NCBI GenBank assembly: GCA_951406725.2
Contig: OX597818.1
Span: forward strand, 96,596,001 to 96,660,000
DNA: 64,000 bases
Direction of reading: 5' to 3'
Source: Octopus vulgaris
Taxonomy: Eukaryota
The position numbers and the translations under genes were made by a program. The number at the start of each line of letters is the position of its first letter. The first letter of the stretch is position 1. The notes under the pieces were generated by a model. The model worked only from the letters and a program-made list of their open reading frames with translations, had not been told where the DNA came from and made no database searches. Below are positions 25,780 to 40,323 of the stretch, in pieces.

Positions 25780-26692
25780 AAAAAGAACTATGCAACACAG
25801 ACAATTGTTCAAACGACTAGGTAGAACGTGTAGATCTGTTGTTCTCGATATACGAAACCAACAACTGGCTGAAGACTACACTAAACATTCCGACCATTGT
25901 ATAAAAACAGACTGGGATGCTTGCTCTTCCACTATCTGTGGCGTGTGGCGGGGACGGGTTCGGTTGGTCAGACAGTCCTTTTACTGTCAACAAACGCTGC
26001 GTGGAGATCTGGGCATTTTGTGACTAATGATGCCCAGACATGCGCTGAGACTGCGACGATTCCTGCAGGACGCACATCTCAGGCACCCCCGGCTGATAGG
26101 ACAACCCACCTGAAATCGACCTGTTCGCTCTCATAGTGTCAGAGCATTGCTGACAAGTGAAGTTATGTCGAACAGCTATGTCCTGTGTGACAAATCCGGC
26201 TGTCGACAAACCCAATTGTGAAAATTTTCCCTGTTGTCTTCATTGACCGAGGGCAGCAGACAGTTTTTCTCTCATTGGTGGCTATAGGGAAAGATTTTGC
26301 TTTCCTCTTCGACCAAATCCTCATCGACGTTTTAAAACTCCATTTGAAAAGAAAGTGAATATTGAGGGTGAAACGTTACCCTGTCTCAAGGAATTTGTTG
26401 AAAGGTGGATGAAAGCGAGTGGGTCTATTATAAGCTGGCGTCTATAAGGTAGAGAGAACGGAAGGAGAGGGTTGCCTTCCAGTGGTGCCCTCGACAGTAG
26501 GGATGATCCACGGTCTGTGGATGTCTTTACTTACCCCTGGGTGGTACATTCCCCCGTTGAGGATGTTTTGTTATAAATTTCTTGTTAAATTTTCTTTTAT
26601 TGTCTATATGTGTTTATGTAAATCCCGATTGTCCTTTGTCTTTGCATTGTTCTAAATGATTTTTGCGTCCATTGTGCCCAATAAAGAAATTA
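25780..26692 (+). mobile_element. Tx1/L1-like LINE 3' relic (ORF2 C-terminus and 3'UTR)
   Basis: LFHYLWR..VRQSFYCQQTLRGDLGI (cf. F.FLW.G...GGLG) and EFVERWMKA; ends gtgcccaataaagaaa. Confidence 0.7.
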
Positions 26693-26702
26693 TTATATTT
26701 TA

Positions 26703-26928
26703 AGGCGGCGAGCTAGCAAAATCGTTAGCACGCCGGGCGAAATGCTTAGCAGTATTTCGTCTGTCACTACGTTCTGCGTTCAAATTCCGCCGAGGTCGAC
26801 TTTGTCTTTCGGAGTTGATAAATTAAGTACCTGTGAAACACTAGGGTCTATTTAATCGACTTGCTCCTCCCCACAAATTTCAGGCTTTGTGCCTTTAATA
26901 GAAAGGATTATTATTATTGTTGTTGTTG

Positions 26929-26977
<49 letters not shown>

Positions 26978-27188
26978 GACGGTGAGCTGGCAGAATTATT
27001 AGCATGCTGGAAAAAATGCTTAGCGGTATTTCGTCCGACTTTACGTTCTGAGTTCAAATGTCGCCGGGTCGACTTTGCCTTTCATCCTTTCGGGCTCAAT
27101 AGAATAATTACCAACTACACACTGGGAACGATGTAATCGACTAGTCCCCTCCCCCAAAATTTCGGGCCTTGTACTTATAGTAGAAAGG

Positions 27189-27259
<71 letters not shown>

Positions 27260-27460
27260 GGCAGTGAGGTGGCAGAATCGTTAGTATGCCGGACAAAATG
27301 TTTATTACTATGCCGTCCGTCTTTACGTTCTGAATTCAAATTTCTCGAAGGTCGACTTTGCCTTTCATCTTTTCGGGGTCGGTAAAATACGTACCAGTTG
27401 AGCAAAGGGGTCAATGCAATCGACACACCCTATCCTCCGAAACTGCTGGCCTTGTATACA
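26703..27460 (+). mobile_element. three tandem monomeric SINE family B copies separated by (ATT)n tails
   Basis: Heads near 26703, 26977 and 27259; the first two end in agaaaggattattatt. Confidence 0.85.
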
Positions 27461-28005
27461 TACATATATGTGTATGTGAGTATTTGCGCGCGCGCGTATG
27501 TATGTGTGTGTAAAGATGAACACATACATACACACATAAACGTGCATGTGAGATGTGAGTGCTTGTATGTGACCGCGTATGATTTGGTCAACATTTGTGT
27601 TTGAAAGAAAATCACTCTGTACACAATAAATTTTTCTAGAAGCTGAAGCTTCTTGAATCGTTACTTAAAACAATAGAAAAGAGAAGCAGCATGTCAATAT
27701 ATGAGCAAAAATATTTGTAAATGCAAGGAAATATAATTAGCCCGCGAAATTTTATTGGCTACCGATAAAAGACACTGCATCACACATCCAATTTTATTTG
27801 TAGAACAATACATTCGTTCATTCATGGGCAAAATCACTAGATTTTCGTGTCTTATGAATCATATGCATAAGTACATAAAAGGAAACAGGTTGGCAAGCAG
27901 AGTACGGCAAATACAGTATTTGAGGAATAAAGTAGTGTGGCTATTCGACAGTTAGAAACGCTTCAATTCGTTGGAAATGTTGGCAAAAATTCGCCAATAT
28001 CAGTA

Positions 28006-28324
28006 TTTATTTATTTATGCGCCCTTTTCAAGCCTAGCCAGGCTCATGAGCTGGTTTCCCGGTTTCTGTAATGTATGTGTTAACCCCTCCCCAGCTGGAC
28101 GGGACGCCAGTCCATCGCAGCGTTACTCAAGAAACAGGAAGAGGGAGTGAGAGAAAGTTGTGGCGAAAGAGTACAACAGGGGTCGCCACCATCCCCTGCC
28201 GGAGCCACGTGGAGCTTTAGGTGTTTTCGCTCAATAAACACACACAACACCCGGTCTGAGAATCGAAACCGCGATCATCCGAATGCGAGTCCGCTACCCT
28301 AACCACTGGGCCATTGCGCCTCCA
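28006..28324 (-). mobile_element. SINE family C (tRNA-Arg-like head, V-domain-like segment)
   Basis: Head ggaggcgcaatggcccagtggttagggtagcggactcgca; V-like gatggactggcgtcccgtccag; imperfect TSD ccaatatc(a/c)gta. Confidence 0.8.
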
Positions 28325-28984
28325 TAACCAATATCCGTAATTTCTTCAAAATTCGAAAATGCTATAGAAAGACGTTCTAGTGCTGAAAGATTGATCATAC
28401 CTACCGAACTCCTTAATGAAAGTAACACGAATTTTATTAAAAACCAACCGATTTTATAATTGTTAATATTATCTTTTAAATTCCAGATATATTTTGAGAG
28501 TGAGACGGCGAATCTTCTTTTTGGATGTTTGAAAGTATATATGAGATTCTAGAATCTTTTGTAAGGAATTGTCAGCAAGCGACATATAACTTTTTGTTTC
28601 ACTGTCATTTGTTTCACTGTCTTTTTCCCAATAATATCTTTATCAAAGATACATTAATTTCCTATACGGCAATAAATCTATAAATATTTTAAAGGAGATA
28701 TCGGTATGTGTTGACATACATGAATTTCTTAATGACATGTCTGACTACAGAAAACTGCCAGCGGAATATCGGTCCCGAATTGCTCTTTCCATTTGATTAC
28801 TTCTCATAACTCACCTCGTCCCAGGCCTCTGGTTTCAATTTTAGGGCAGATTCATTATTCTGTTTCTGTATCTTTGGTTGTTGTTGTTGTTGTTGTTGTA
28901 TAACTATAACAACAACCAAAGCCGTACTAGTTGTTGTTCTTGTTATTTACCCCCAGGTCAATACTGATTAAAGACGCGTCCTGC

Positions 28985-29750
28985 GTGTATATACAATACA
29001 CGCACACACACATACACACGTACAAACACACACAAATTCACATACACACCGACACATATACATACACACAATATATACCTACACGCGCACGCACACATAC
29101 ACATACGTACACACATATAAGCACAGACACACACACACATACGCACACAAAAACATGCGCACACATACGCACGCACACACGCACACCAATGCACACACCC
29201 AAAACTCACAACCCCACGGATACACGCATATACATCCATATACGCTTACACACACACACATACAAACGCACACATACACGCACACACAACTACACGCACA
29301 TACATACACACACACACACACACAAATGAACCCACACATACATCCCATACACACGGCACACAATTATACATACACGCACACAATTATACATACATATATA
29401 TACACACACACGCACGTACAAGCACACACGCACACATACACTAAGTTAAGCACAGTTACTCGCCACACACCCAAACTCTACGCATACACACACGAACACA
29501 CACATACACACACACACACTACAAACAAAACACACACACGATACATATACATACACGCACACACACATACCTCTTTGTTTTGACCTGTGGCTGGACACAA
29601 AAAACACCACTCCTTATTCTTACAAACTGGCCAGTTACTAGCCAGTTGTTCGCCCTACACACATACACACACACACACACGTGTCATCATTGCACACATA
29701 CACACACACGCGCACACGCAGACCTCCGCGCACGCACACATCCACACACA
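28985..29750. repeat. long degenerate (CA)-rich low-complexity tract
   Basis: Directly visible. Confidence 0.9.
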
Positions 29751-29930
29751 TTCCCCCTCTCACTTTCCTTGTCTTTGACATACTACCTACTGTCTTTGAA
29801 AACTCTCCTGTCTTTAAAAAACATTATTCTTCCACCTTTCTACTTCCGGTCTTTCAATATGTGACCTCGTGAGTACCGCTGGCGATTTTTTTCCTCTGTC
29901 TTCCCTTCTCGGGATCTCTCCTTCTCCTAT

Positions 29931-29965
29931 GTTTCCGACGAAGAGCTCCGCTCGAAACGTTAAAC
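29931..29965 (+). ncRNA. hammerhead-like fold with variant core CCGACGA
   Basis: GUUU-CCGACGA-A-GAGC-ucc-GCUC-GAAAC-GUU/AAAC. Confidence 0.55.
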
Positions 29966-30088
29966 CCTCCTTCTTCCCTTCTTTCCTGAGCCTCCAATAA
30001 TACTTTATTTGTTCCACGTCCTCGCGTTGTTGTGGGGTTTTTTTGTTCTTTTTTTGTTTTCTTGTTTGGATTAACTATATATATATAT

Positions 30089-30235
30089 GGAGGTGGAAAT
30101 ATCACAGAAATAAGTCTAAGACATTTCAGTTTAAGAGGGAACTTAATAAATATTATTTTTTTAGATTATCTAAAGACAATATTACCGGTTTCGATGAATC
30201 TTATCTTATCAAATATCAGTAAAAATTTATAAAAA

Positions 30236-30237
<2 letters not shown>
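30089..30237 (-). mobile_element. PLE-like terminal repeat with HHR-like fold (core UUGAUAA)
   Basis: Homologous to 40324-40470; minus strand GAUAU-UUGAUAA-GAU..AUC-GAAACCGGUA/AUAUU at 30178-30217. Confidence 0.55.
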
Positions 30238-30304
<67 letters not shown>

Positions 30305-30455
30305 AAAAATAGCAATAATATTATGTGGCCAGCAAGCAAAAGCCAATAAGTGGCAAATCCAAAATTAATTTATAATTATAATAGGGCATAGATACATACA
30401 TACATACATACAGACAGACAGACAGACAGAAGACAGACAGACATACATACATACA

Positions 30456-30487
<32 letters not shown>

Positions 30488-30685
30488 CGTCTGGTAGACA
30501 AATAGTACTCAGTATATGAGTATATATATCTTGTTATTTTAATCGATAGAACTGACTAAAATGCTCAAGAGCAGGGAATTTCATTCATGGCACTTATCAA
30601 ATTTAATCAAATTTGATTCATGATGTGCACGAAATCTTGGCCTTTGAGTCACTTTGTAACTTGTGCCAATTAAAATTATATATAA

Positions 30686-30739
<54 letters not shown>

Positions 30740-32422
30740 GCGTGTGTGTGTGCGTGTGCGTGTGCGTGTGCGTGTGCGTGTGCGTGTGTGTGCGTGCATG
30801 TGTGTTTTTTTATTCTTTGGACAGAGAAAGAGACTGACCTGACTAATTTTAGCACTAATTACCACTTCTTTATTTTCTTGGCCACAAAGAGAATGACGGT
30901 TCATTGCTATTTATAGAAGACACAAAATCATACAGAAGTATATTGGATTCTAATTTACGCAAAAATTAAAACATTGCCAACGTGAATGAATTCATTAAAA
31001 GAAGTACCTCAGTGGGGTTAGATGAAATAGAAATATCAAGGTAACTAGACCTTTTACTGTGTACACATTCACTAAAATCACGTTCTTGTAAACTTACTTT
31101 AAATTTCTTTTCTATTCTAACGCCGTATAGTACTTCTCTTAATTAATTCATTTGCGTTGACAGCATCTGTACTTTGATAAGAATTCATATCAGGCTGATG
31201 TAGTTCTATCGGAGGGGTTGCGAAGAGAACTTCTTACACATGCAACCATTTCTACAATGATTTTCAAAAGCCCAATTCACCTGAATGTATATAAGTAACC
31301 TCAAAAATTACAAAGAATCAATAACTAAAAGCAGCAGCAACAGTGAATGTTTTGATGGTTTGTATTGATTTGAGCTTTTGCATTTTAGAGTTGCATTTGT
31401 TACGTGGGGTGGGACGCGATCTGTGAAGATTTCTTAAACTAAATTTAGTACCCAAAAGCATGGTTTTCAGCAATGTCTTCACGATGCAATGGCTTGTTAA
31501 AGTTAAAGATTTCTTAATTTCACCTGATTAATGAATATATTGAATAACAAGCCCAAATGTTAACAAATCGTAAAGTAACGCGATATGTAGACATGTACAT
31601 TAAACTTGGCTTGGTTTCATTTTTTCCCCGTTCGTCTTATATCATTTAAAGTAAAAATTTCTGTTATCAATCTCCTATTTTATTTTTAGCCTAATTAATT
31701 TACTGTCAGGATAAACTGGTTATACAGGAAATAATTCCTAACGAGTTGGTAAAGACTCAATTAGTCAATAATCGATACGAAATTGATTAGAAGGGGTAAA
31801 AACAAATTAGAAGAAATAGCCTTTTTTTTTATTTTGGCACCTCACAAAAAAATATACTATTGCATTCAAAAGATAACAGAAGAATTGACAAAAGAGACGA
31901 GCATTTGCTGTTAGAAGTGGCTCTTGGCCAAATAAAACATGATCTCATTTGGTGTGAAACTTGAGTGAAGAGTTTGCACCACCATGCTCTCAAAAGGAAA
32001 ATCTGACATTCCAACAATTTTTTTCTATTTTTAATTTATGCTCAAATTCTTACACCTCTACATCTTTTTTCCATCCTTGTTCTTTCACATCTCAAGATCA
32101 TTTTTTTTTCTGTCGCTTGTTCAGTTATTGGGTGTGAAGTCACTAATGGTGTGTGAGACAATTTGAATCGCTAAGAATGAGCTTCCCATCCTTTGGTAGA
32201 CCATTTGTTTTTGTTTTCACTGCAACAATTGAGTTCCCATCAAATTGTCTCCGCCATAATAGTTTCATTAACCTTGCTTCTATTTTACTCCTCATATTTA
32301 CTACTGCCTTATAATAAACGATGTACATCACGAGTTCAGCTCTCTAAAATGTAACAATTTTAAATATCAGAAAAAAAATTAATGCATTTGAACATCTACT
32401 ATATCGGTAGATATAAAACAAA

Positions 32423-32492
<70 letters not shown>

Positions 32493-32550
32493 CTTTCTTT
32501 CTCTATCCCCCTCTCTCTTTTTCTCTGTTTCTCTGTTCACTTTCTCTCTC

Positions 32551-32608
<58 letters not shown>

Positions 32609-33394
32609 ATCTAGATATCTGTATATCCCCCCTCTTTTCCTTTTTCTTACGCTTAAACCACAGCCAAAAGGCGGAAGAAAAATTTTCTTAAATTTTAAAT
32701 TATTGATTATATAAACATCTTTAAAAGTTAAATGAACACAGACCTGATGGAAGTAGCTTTTGTGTGCTTTCACTGTTTTCACCTTTTCATACACATGTGG
32801 TATATGTGTATGCGCGTTTGTTTCTAGGTGTGTATGTGCGTCTGTGTATGAGCGCGTGTGTAACAGCGCCAACAGTGTTTAGGTATAAGCAAACCTTAGG
32901 TTGATTACAATATGCTTGTGACATATTTCAACCTCTTAGGGCAAATTCACTGCAGTTACCGTGGAGAAAAGAAGTCTCTCTTACGGCAAAAGGTGTAAAA
33001 ACACCGTTATCTGTTCAGTGTTGCTCCTTTTCGGATTCCCAGACGTTGCGTTTCTAGCTTTTTAGCCGTTATCAATAGGAAATACTGAAGAGAGGTATCT
33101 CTGAAAAGATTTAAGACCGTAGCTTTAACTAAAACATTGTCAACAACATGTTGCTATGTGTTTAGATGTCATTTGCTTATTGTGCAACTGATGAAAGGAA
33201 AACGTATTTTTGAGTATATATTCGTAAAGCTTATATAAAGTATATATAGTACATTTGACACGCAAAAATTCTTCTGCCTTTATAATGTCTTTGTTCAGCT
33301 GGACTCTTTTTTCAACTGGGCAGATTGTTTTCAAAAGAAAAGATATGACACAAAATTGCCATATATATATATTTGGCAATTTTGTGTCGTATAT

Positions 33395-33550
<156 letters not shown>

Positions 33551-33845
33551 ACTCGGGCTTTGGTCGGCGCGAGGCTATAGTAGACAACACATGCCCCAAG
33601 GTGCCACGCAGTGGGACTGAACATGGAACCATGTGCTTGGTAAGCAAGCTTCTTAACACACACATACACATATATATATATACACGCATGTACATACATA
33701 TATATGTGCGTGTGTGTACATGGATATCTATATATATATACTATGTATATATACTTATATGTATATATTGTACATAATCATATAAGTATGTACATGTATT
33801 TACATACATGCATATATGTGTGTGTATACTCATATATATTCACAC

Positions 33846-33886
<41 letters not shown>

Positions 33887-34215
33887 CACAAACACTAGCA
33901 CACATACACATACATAAAATCATGTATGTATGTTACCTTGGATATTTTTTGTACAGCTTTCGCTCGATTTAATGTCATTCTTTCATGTGCATAAAGTAAA
34001 CATTGAAATCTGTGGAAGCTAGCGATGGTAAAACGTGTATACCTTGATGTACAAACAGATAACTTCTATTATGACGAACAACAGTATTATGTGTCCATTC
34101 AAAAGCAAACATATTTTGCTGTTCTGTATACAGAAACACCCTCCCTTACCAACGTTCATTTTCATTCTTTTTGTTCAAATTTTTATCTTCCCCTCTCTTT
34201 CCTCTTTCAGTATTT

Positions 34216-34249
<34 letters not shown>

Positions 34250-34312
34250 ATATATATATGCATACATATATATATATCATCATCATGATATATATATATA
34301 TATATGCACATA

Positions 34313-34353
<41 letters not shown>

Positions 34354-34432
34354 CATCATCATGATATATATATATATATGCACATATATATATATACATT
34401 TATATATACATATACACACACACACACACAAA

Positions 34433-34473
<41 letters not shown>

Positions 34474-34477
<4 letters not shown>

Positions 34478-35462
34478 GGTGGGTGGAAAGTAACTAGGCA
34501 TTAGAGATTGCTTATAGAATTTTTAGCATCACTGAAGTCAAAGTCATAACGAAAACATTTTTTAAACAAACAACTCTAATGAGGATTTCTTATTGTCTTA
34601 TTTCTTATTTTCCAGTTGGTCGGTCGCTTGACTGTTCAGGGGCTAGATAAGACAGCAGCACGCTATGAAGTGTAGAATTCCTTTGTTTTGGTTCAGAGAT
34701 AGTGGCGTGCATGGAAAGGTAAGCATGCAATACTACTTTCCGGAGATAATGAAATGTTGTCATGCAAAGCTGATGACTACGGGCTCTATTTCTCTTTATT
34801 ATAGGTATAAAGCCTTATATATAGAAAAAGGCATTACAAGGACAGACAACACAAACGTGGGGTACATAGAATGATTTACGAATGAATTATGACCACGGGC
34901 TCTATGAACGATCCAAGAAGTGGCCGCCGATCCCGATCAACGGAGAATGTGGCAAAAGTGCAGGAAATGTTTAATCGCAGTCCGCAAAAATCAATACATC
35001 AACCAGCTCGTGAAAGTGGACTTACAAGACACATAATACGTACGGTGTTGCACAAAGAATTGAATTTTCGTCCGCGGAAACCCCATTACGTGCAGGATCT
35101 AGAACCTGAAGACTGTGATTGAAGAAGCCCAGAACTCCAAGAAGTCCAGACCTCACTCGAGATGAGTTTTCCCTGCGGGGTTATGTAAAAGAGGTGTGCA
35201 AGACAAAACCTCGCACACTGGAGACACGGATTCAGGAGTTTCTCAATGATATCCCAGACGACGTTCTTCATAATGTTGTTCATTCCATCCCTGGTCGTTT
35301 GACGAAACTGGTTAAAGCCACCGTGCTTACGTTGAACTATGGAGATTTACTTTCGTTTTCCCATGTAATAAAGAACACGTATCATTTGCTTCAATAAATT
35401 TGCAAAAGGAATATGGAATTTATTACCAATTTTTAATGTCTACTTACTTTTCATCCACCCTG
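34474..35462 (+). mobile_element. Tc1/mariner element with TIRs and a deleted transposase
   Basis: Left TIR caaggtgggtggaaagtaactaggcatta vs reverse-complemented right TIR cagggtggatgaaaagtaagtagacatta; motifs TTGS..DPRSGR...SPQKSI and PRSPDLT..F.L.GYVK. Confidence 0.85.
34790..34888 (-). mobile_element. 5'-truncated Tx1-like LINE tail nested in the mariner element
   Basis: Ends cctataataaagagaa; 17-bp TSD atgac(t/c)acgggctctat at 34773-34789 and 34889-34905. Confidence 0.7.
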
Positions 35463-35517
35463 TATACACACACACACACACATACACACACACACACACA
35501 CAGAGTAACATATGTAT

Positions 35518-35656
<139 letters not shown>

Positions 35657-35956
35657 TACAGACAGACAGACAGACATACAGACAGACAAACAGACAGACA
35701 GATATACATACAATATAGGTTCAGGCATGACTGAGCGATAAGAAGTTTGCTTCTCAAGCACAGTTTCTAGTTCAGTTCCAATGCGTGGAACAGTGGGCAG
35801 GTGTCTTCTAATATACCTTCAAGCCTCGAGTGTTCTTTGTTGGAGACCGGCTCCCTCCTCAGTGGAAGATTTATGATAATGAAAAAATAGAAGAGTATAC
35901 ATACATACATACTTACGTACATTCCTATTATTTTTATTACTATTTTTATATTATGT

Positions 35957-36246
35957 GGAGGCACATGGCCTTGTGGTTAGAGCAGCGGACTCGCAGTCGA
36001 GAGATCGCGGGATCGAACCTTAGACCGGGCGATGTGTGTGTTTATGAGCGAAACACCTAAGTTCCACGCGGCTTCGGCAGAAGCTAATGGCGAACTTTTG
36101 CTGACTCTTTCACCACAACTTTCTCTCACTCTTTCCTCCTCCTTCTAGCGGCGAATTGGCGTCCCGTCCAGTCGGGGAACCTATACGCCAATGAAATCGG
36201 GAAACCATCCCTTATGAGCCTGGCATGGCTCTAGAAGGAACAAACA
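35957..36246 (+). mobile_element. SINE family C
   Basis: Homologous to 28006-28324 (head, ggcgtcccgtccag, atgagcctggcatggct tail). Confidence 0.8.
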
Positions 36247-36589
36247 GCATTGTTATATTATATTACATATTTTCTGTATGCAGAAAATATATAGTGGAGG
36301 TAGTGGATCTCCTTCGTTTGCCAATGAGTATTTAGTTGATGAACAACTGAATTACCTGCTCCTGAATTAACATGTGAGTGAGCTTTCTACAAACACATGT
36401 ACCCTTACCATAATTCTCTAACAGTCTCAGCCTGATGTATTGAGTCTGTGTGTGCATCTGTGTGTATGTGTGTGTGCATGTGCATGTATGGTCTGTGTAT
36501 GTGAGTGTGTGTCTTTGTATCTGACTGAATACTTGTGAATGAATTAATGTGTGCGTGTGTGTGTGTGTGTGTACACGTATTGAATTTTT

Positions 36590-36674
36590 TTTGCTGAACC
36601 GCTATTTTACGGGGGCGTAAACACACCAACATCGGTTGGCAAACGATGGAGGGGAGACAAACACAGACACACAA

Positions 36675-36746
<72 letters not shown>

Positions 36747-36850
36747 CTTCTTTCAGTTTCCGTCTACCAAATACACTCACGAGGCACTTGCCCAAAATGC
36801 TACGCAGTGGGACTGAACCCGGAACCATGTGGTTGGAAAGCAAGGTTCTT
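36590..36850 (-). mobile_element. SINE family A, partial
   Basis: gggcttctttcagtttccgtctaccaaat...gcagtgggactgaacccggaaccatgtggtt. Confidence 0.8.
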
Positions 36851-38399
36851 TCCTCCTGCATCTAGCAGCTCGCCTGATGTATTGAATAATTGACGAGTCC
36901 ACATGTTTCGAATTAAACATACAATCCGCCCGATAAGTCCCTATACACTTTCTACGTACCCAGTTTCCCTACAAAAATATAGATCTAATCGAGGTTATAG
37001 AAAATTACGTTACCCCAGCATACTACACAGTAAGATCGATCCCGGAACTTCGTGGTTGCGAAGCAAGCTTCTTAACCATTCAGCCTTACTGCACCTACTC
37101 ATCTGATATAATACAGAAACAAAAATACAAGCATTTCAATCTGCAGCGGATTTGGAAAACAGTTAACAACGTTAGCAGCTAATCTTCTCCTCCAACGCCG
37201 TACTGAGTTACCGCTTGTATGAACATTAAGTGCGTGTCAGTTACAGCTAGTAGTTACGCAACAAAGCTTTAATGTAATAGAACTAGTTCACTGGTTGATA
37301 CCTTGGCTGGCGAATATCATTTGAAAATAGTTTCTTACATATCTAACTGGACGTCAGTACATGAATAAAACAGCCAGGTGCAGTTTATAACAATTTGAGA
37401 AAATATAAAAAAGAAAGAAAGAAAAACTATTAGAAATTATCTATACATGTACACACCCACACGTTCATAGATACATAGACACACACACACATTCATTCAT
37501 TCACAAGTATTCAGTCAGATACAAAGACACACACTCACATACACAGACCATACATGCACATGCACACACACTTAGACACAGGTGCACGCACATACACAAA
37601 CACAAACACGCACACGACACAAACACTTACTCACGCACACACACTCATGCACACACATATATATATAAGAGCTATGAACGAAACTCTCGGTCCCTGCGTA
37701 CTTTTGTAAATTTTCTACTGCTTCAAAATTGTGCGTATATATTTATATATGTATATATGTATACGCAGGCAAACATATATACGTAAATATACCTACACAC
37801 ACGTGCACATGCACATGCGCATACACTTACATACAAAAAATGCACATTCAAGCATACTCACAAAGATATCAAATACAAGATTAGAAACATACCAGACATT
37901 CATGCATCGGCTTACATATACACGCATGCGCACGCGCCCACACACATACACAGAGTCGTGTGCACATACAATACATATACTCGTGCTCCAACCACTTTCC
38001 TAATATCATCAAGCGTATTTTGAATAATATTAGGGAATGTATCTCTAGTTTATCCTCTAGTAAGGTGATGTTCGATATAGCAACCCCTTCCCATCATATT
38101 TAAGCGCCGAAGCAAGAGTAGCTTTAATGATAGAATTACGGAATTAGGTATATGAAGCGAAACCTCCACTAGCTCCAAGAAAAAAGATTGAACTAGAAAA
38201 ATTATATGGTATAACCCACCATTCAATTAAGCTTTTTCCACAAATGTGGCTAGGTTCTTTGTATCTTTAGTTAATAAGCATTTCCACGTTTCACATAGAT
38301 ACAACAGGATTTCATAAGAACACTTAAAATTAGCAGTAATTGCCTCGGCAATATAGGACCCAGACCTTGAACCAGAATAATGCAGTGAGACATTATCCG

Positions 38400-39990
38400 C
38401 GTCAACCCTTACACGAATGCACTTTTAGAATAGCGGTGAGTTGTCCCGTTAATAACTCTCGAAAATGGTGTACAGAGCTGACGGCGGGCCAAGTAAAGTA
38501 GACATCGGGATGATGGAGAATAACGTCAAGGTCCGCTTCAAACAGTATGTCGCTACGTTTGACATAGAAATAATGGAACTCCAATTCTTTGCCTAAATAG
38601 GGAACCCCTCCATAACGTATAGTATAGCTGCCAACACGAGGATGCATAGCAGCCGCAACGCTATGCTCTACCTGTACAAAACATAGAAACTGAAGATACT
38701 TAACGTCAGCACCATGAACAAAGGAAGGGACATTTTAAGTTCTCTGCTTGCGAAAAAATTGCGAAAGGAATACGTTCAAACGTATTCCTTTCCCAGAGCA
38801 CATATCTTTGCCGGAGAGATTTTATCAACAAACCGAGATTTTATCTACAAATCGAGTTCATCAAAAGTCGAATCCCCTTATGTGCATTAGGTCTACGACC
38901 ATCATTATTACACAGAAGAACCTGCAGATATGCACTTGAAATGCCAGGCTTATACCATTCAACGGCGTCCCTGAGCGCTAGATGGACGGACTATTTAAAC
39001 TGCTTGAGGTTTGGTTTGGTCCATACAGCCAAGTGGACAAGAACTGGGAAAAGGTGACAAGCATTGTAGCTAATCTTCCCAGAAATAAGCAGATGGGATT
39101 ATCCCTGAAGCATCGGGCGGAGATAGCGAATGCTTACATTGCATCTGTTATCTACTACTACTGAACGTCGTGCCTTGCTTCATGGTCGACCAGAATGGAG
39201 TACTCACACTTCCACCGAGCATATGGCTGATCACCTCCACATACCATGCGGTCTATTTGCTGTCAGCATCCGCTGCATAGAGAACTGATCTCCGCTGCAT
39301 ATAGAACTGATCTCCGCTGCATAGCGAACTCGGCTGGTGAAGCGTAGACATAGACTGAGGCTACGATATCTCCAGTTTTTCTTCGACGGTGAGCATATGT
39401 GGTTGCAATTTGTTAGACTCTTTTTCTGCTCCTCGCCTTCTTAACAGAGCTGCAGTCCTGGACTAGCCTTCTGCTAGCTGGACAATGAGGTCGGTGGATG
39501 TTCCACCATGGCATTCTATATAAGAGTGGCAGATAAGGGCAACGACGTCCTGAAAGTATTTTTGGTGTCAATGAAAATCAGCTGACTAGTCTCTTCCGAG
39601 GATCTCTGGGTTTGGGATCCATGGATAATTTTCAGAAATACTTGACTTGACAGTGTGACCGGGGACGTTGCCTGTTTGGGATTAACTCTTCAGGCATGGT
39701 AGTGCTGTCGGCTTCACCTGTTTGCAATACATATAGTGCTCGAGCACTTCTGACTCGTGGAGTTATAACAAAAAGTTAGTATCATCATTTGTGGAACGGA
39801 TCCAGCTATCGACGAACTCCATAGTGAAGATCGTCAACGCCTTCCTTTCGTCGAAAAGGGCACGCGTTTTTCCTTTGCCCAGTGGCTTCGGCAAAAAGCA
39901 GTTGTATGGTAGACGAGGTTGAAAGGACTAAAGACAGAGACTTTCTCCTTTAGCAAAAACCTCATCGACGCTTTCATCTCAAGAACACAA
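38400..39990. mobile_element. decayed Tx1/L1-like ORF2 relics
   Basis: Plus strand FKLLEVWFGP..QVDKNWEKV...LSLKHRAEIAN.YIASVIYY and RSICCQHPL; a possible endonuclease piece on the minus strand at 38402-38647. Confidence 0.65.
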
Positions 39991-40067
39991 CGCTGTACCT
40001 CGTCCATGGAACGAACATCGCGATCTCGGGACCGTGAGTGCAACAGCCTCACCACGCATCCCCACCA

Positions 40068-40145
<78 letters not shown>

Positions 40146-40188
40146 TGTATATGTATATGTATATATCCATATATACACATATATGTGT

Positions 40189-40236
<48 letters not shown>

Positions 40237-40323
40237 ATGTGTATGCTTGTGTGTGTGTATGTAAATATATAGGTTGAAAAAGATTAGAGATCTATACAAA
40301 TCGAATTTTTATATATAAAAGAG

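Noticed and set aside
31829-32331. Two short minus-strand ORFs in unique sequence
   Set aside because: No recognisable motif or consistent splice structure.
33080-33120. CTGAAGA-gag-gtat-ctc-tGAAA motif
   Set aside because: No helix I or helix III pairing.
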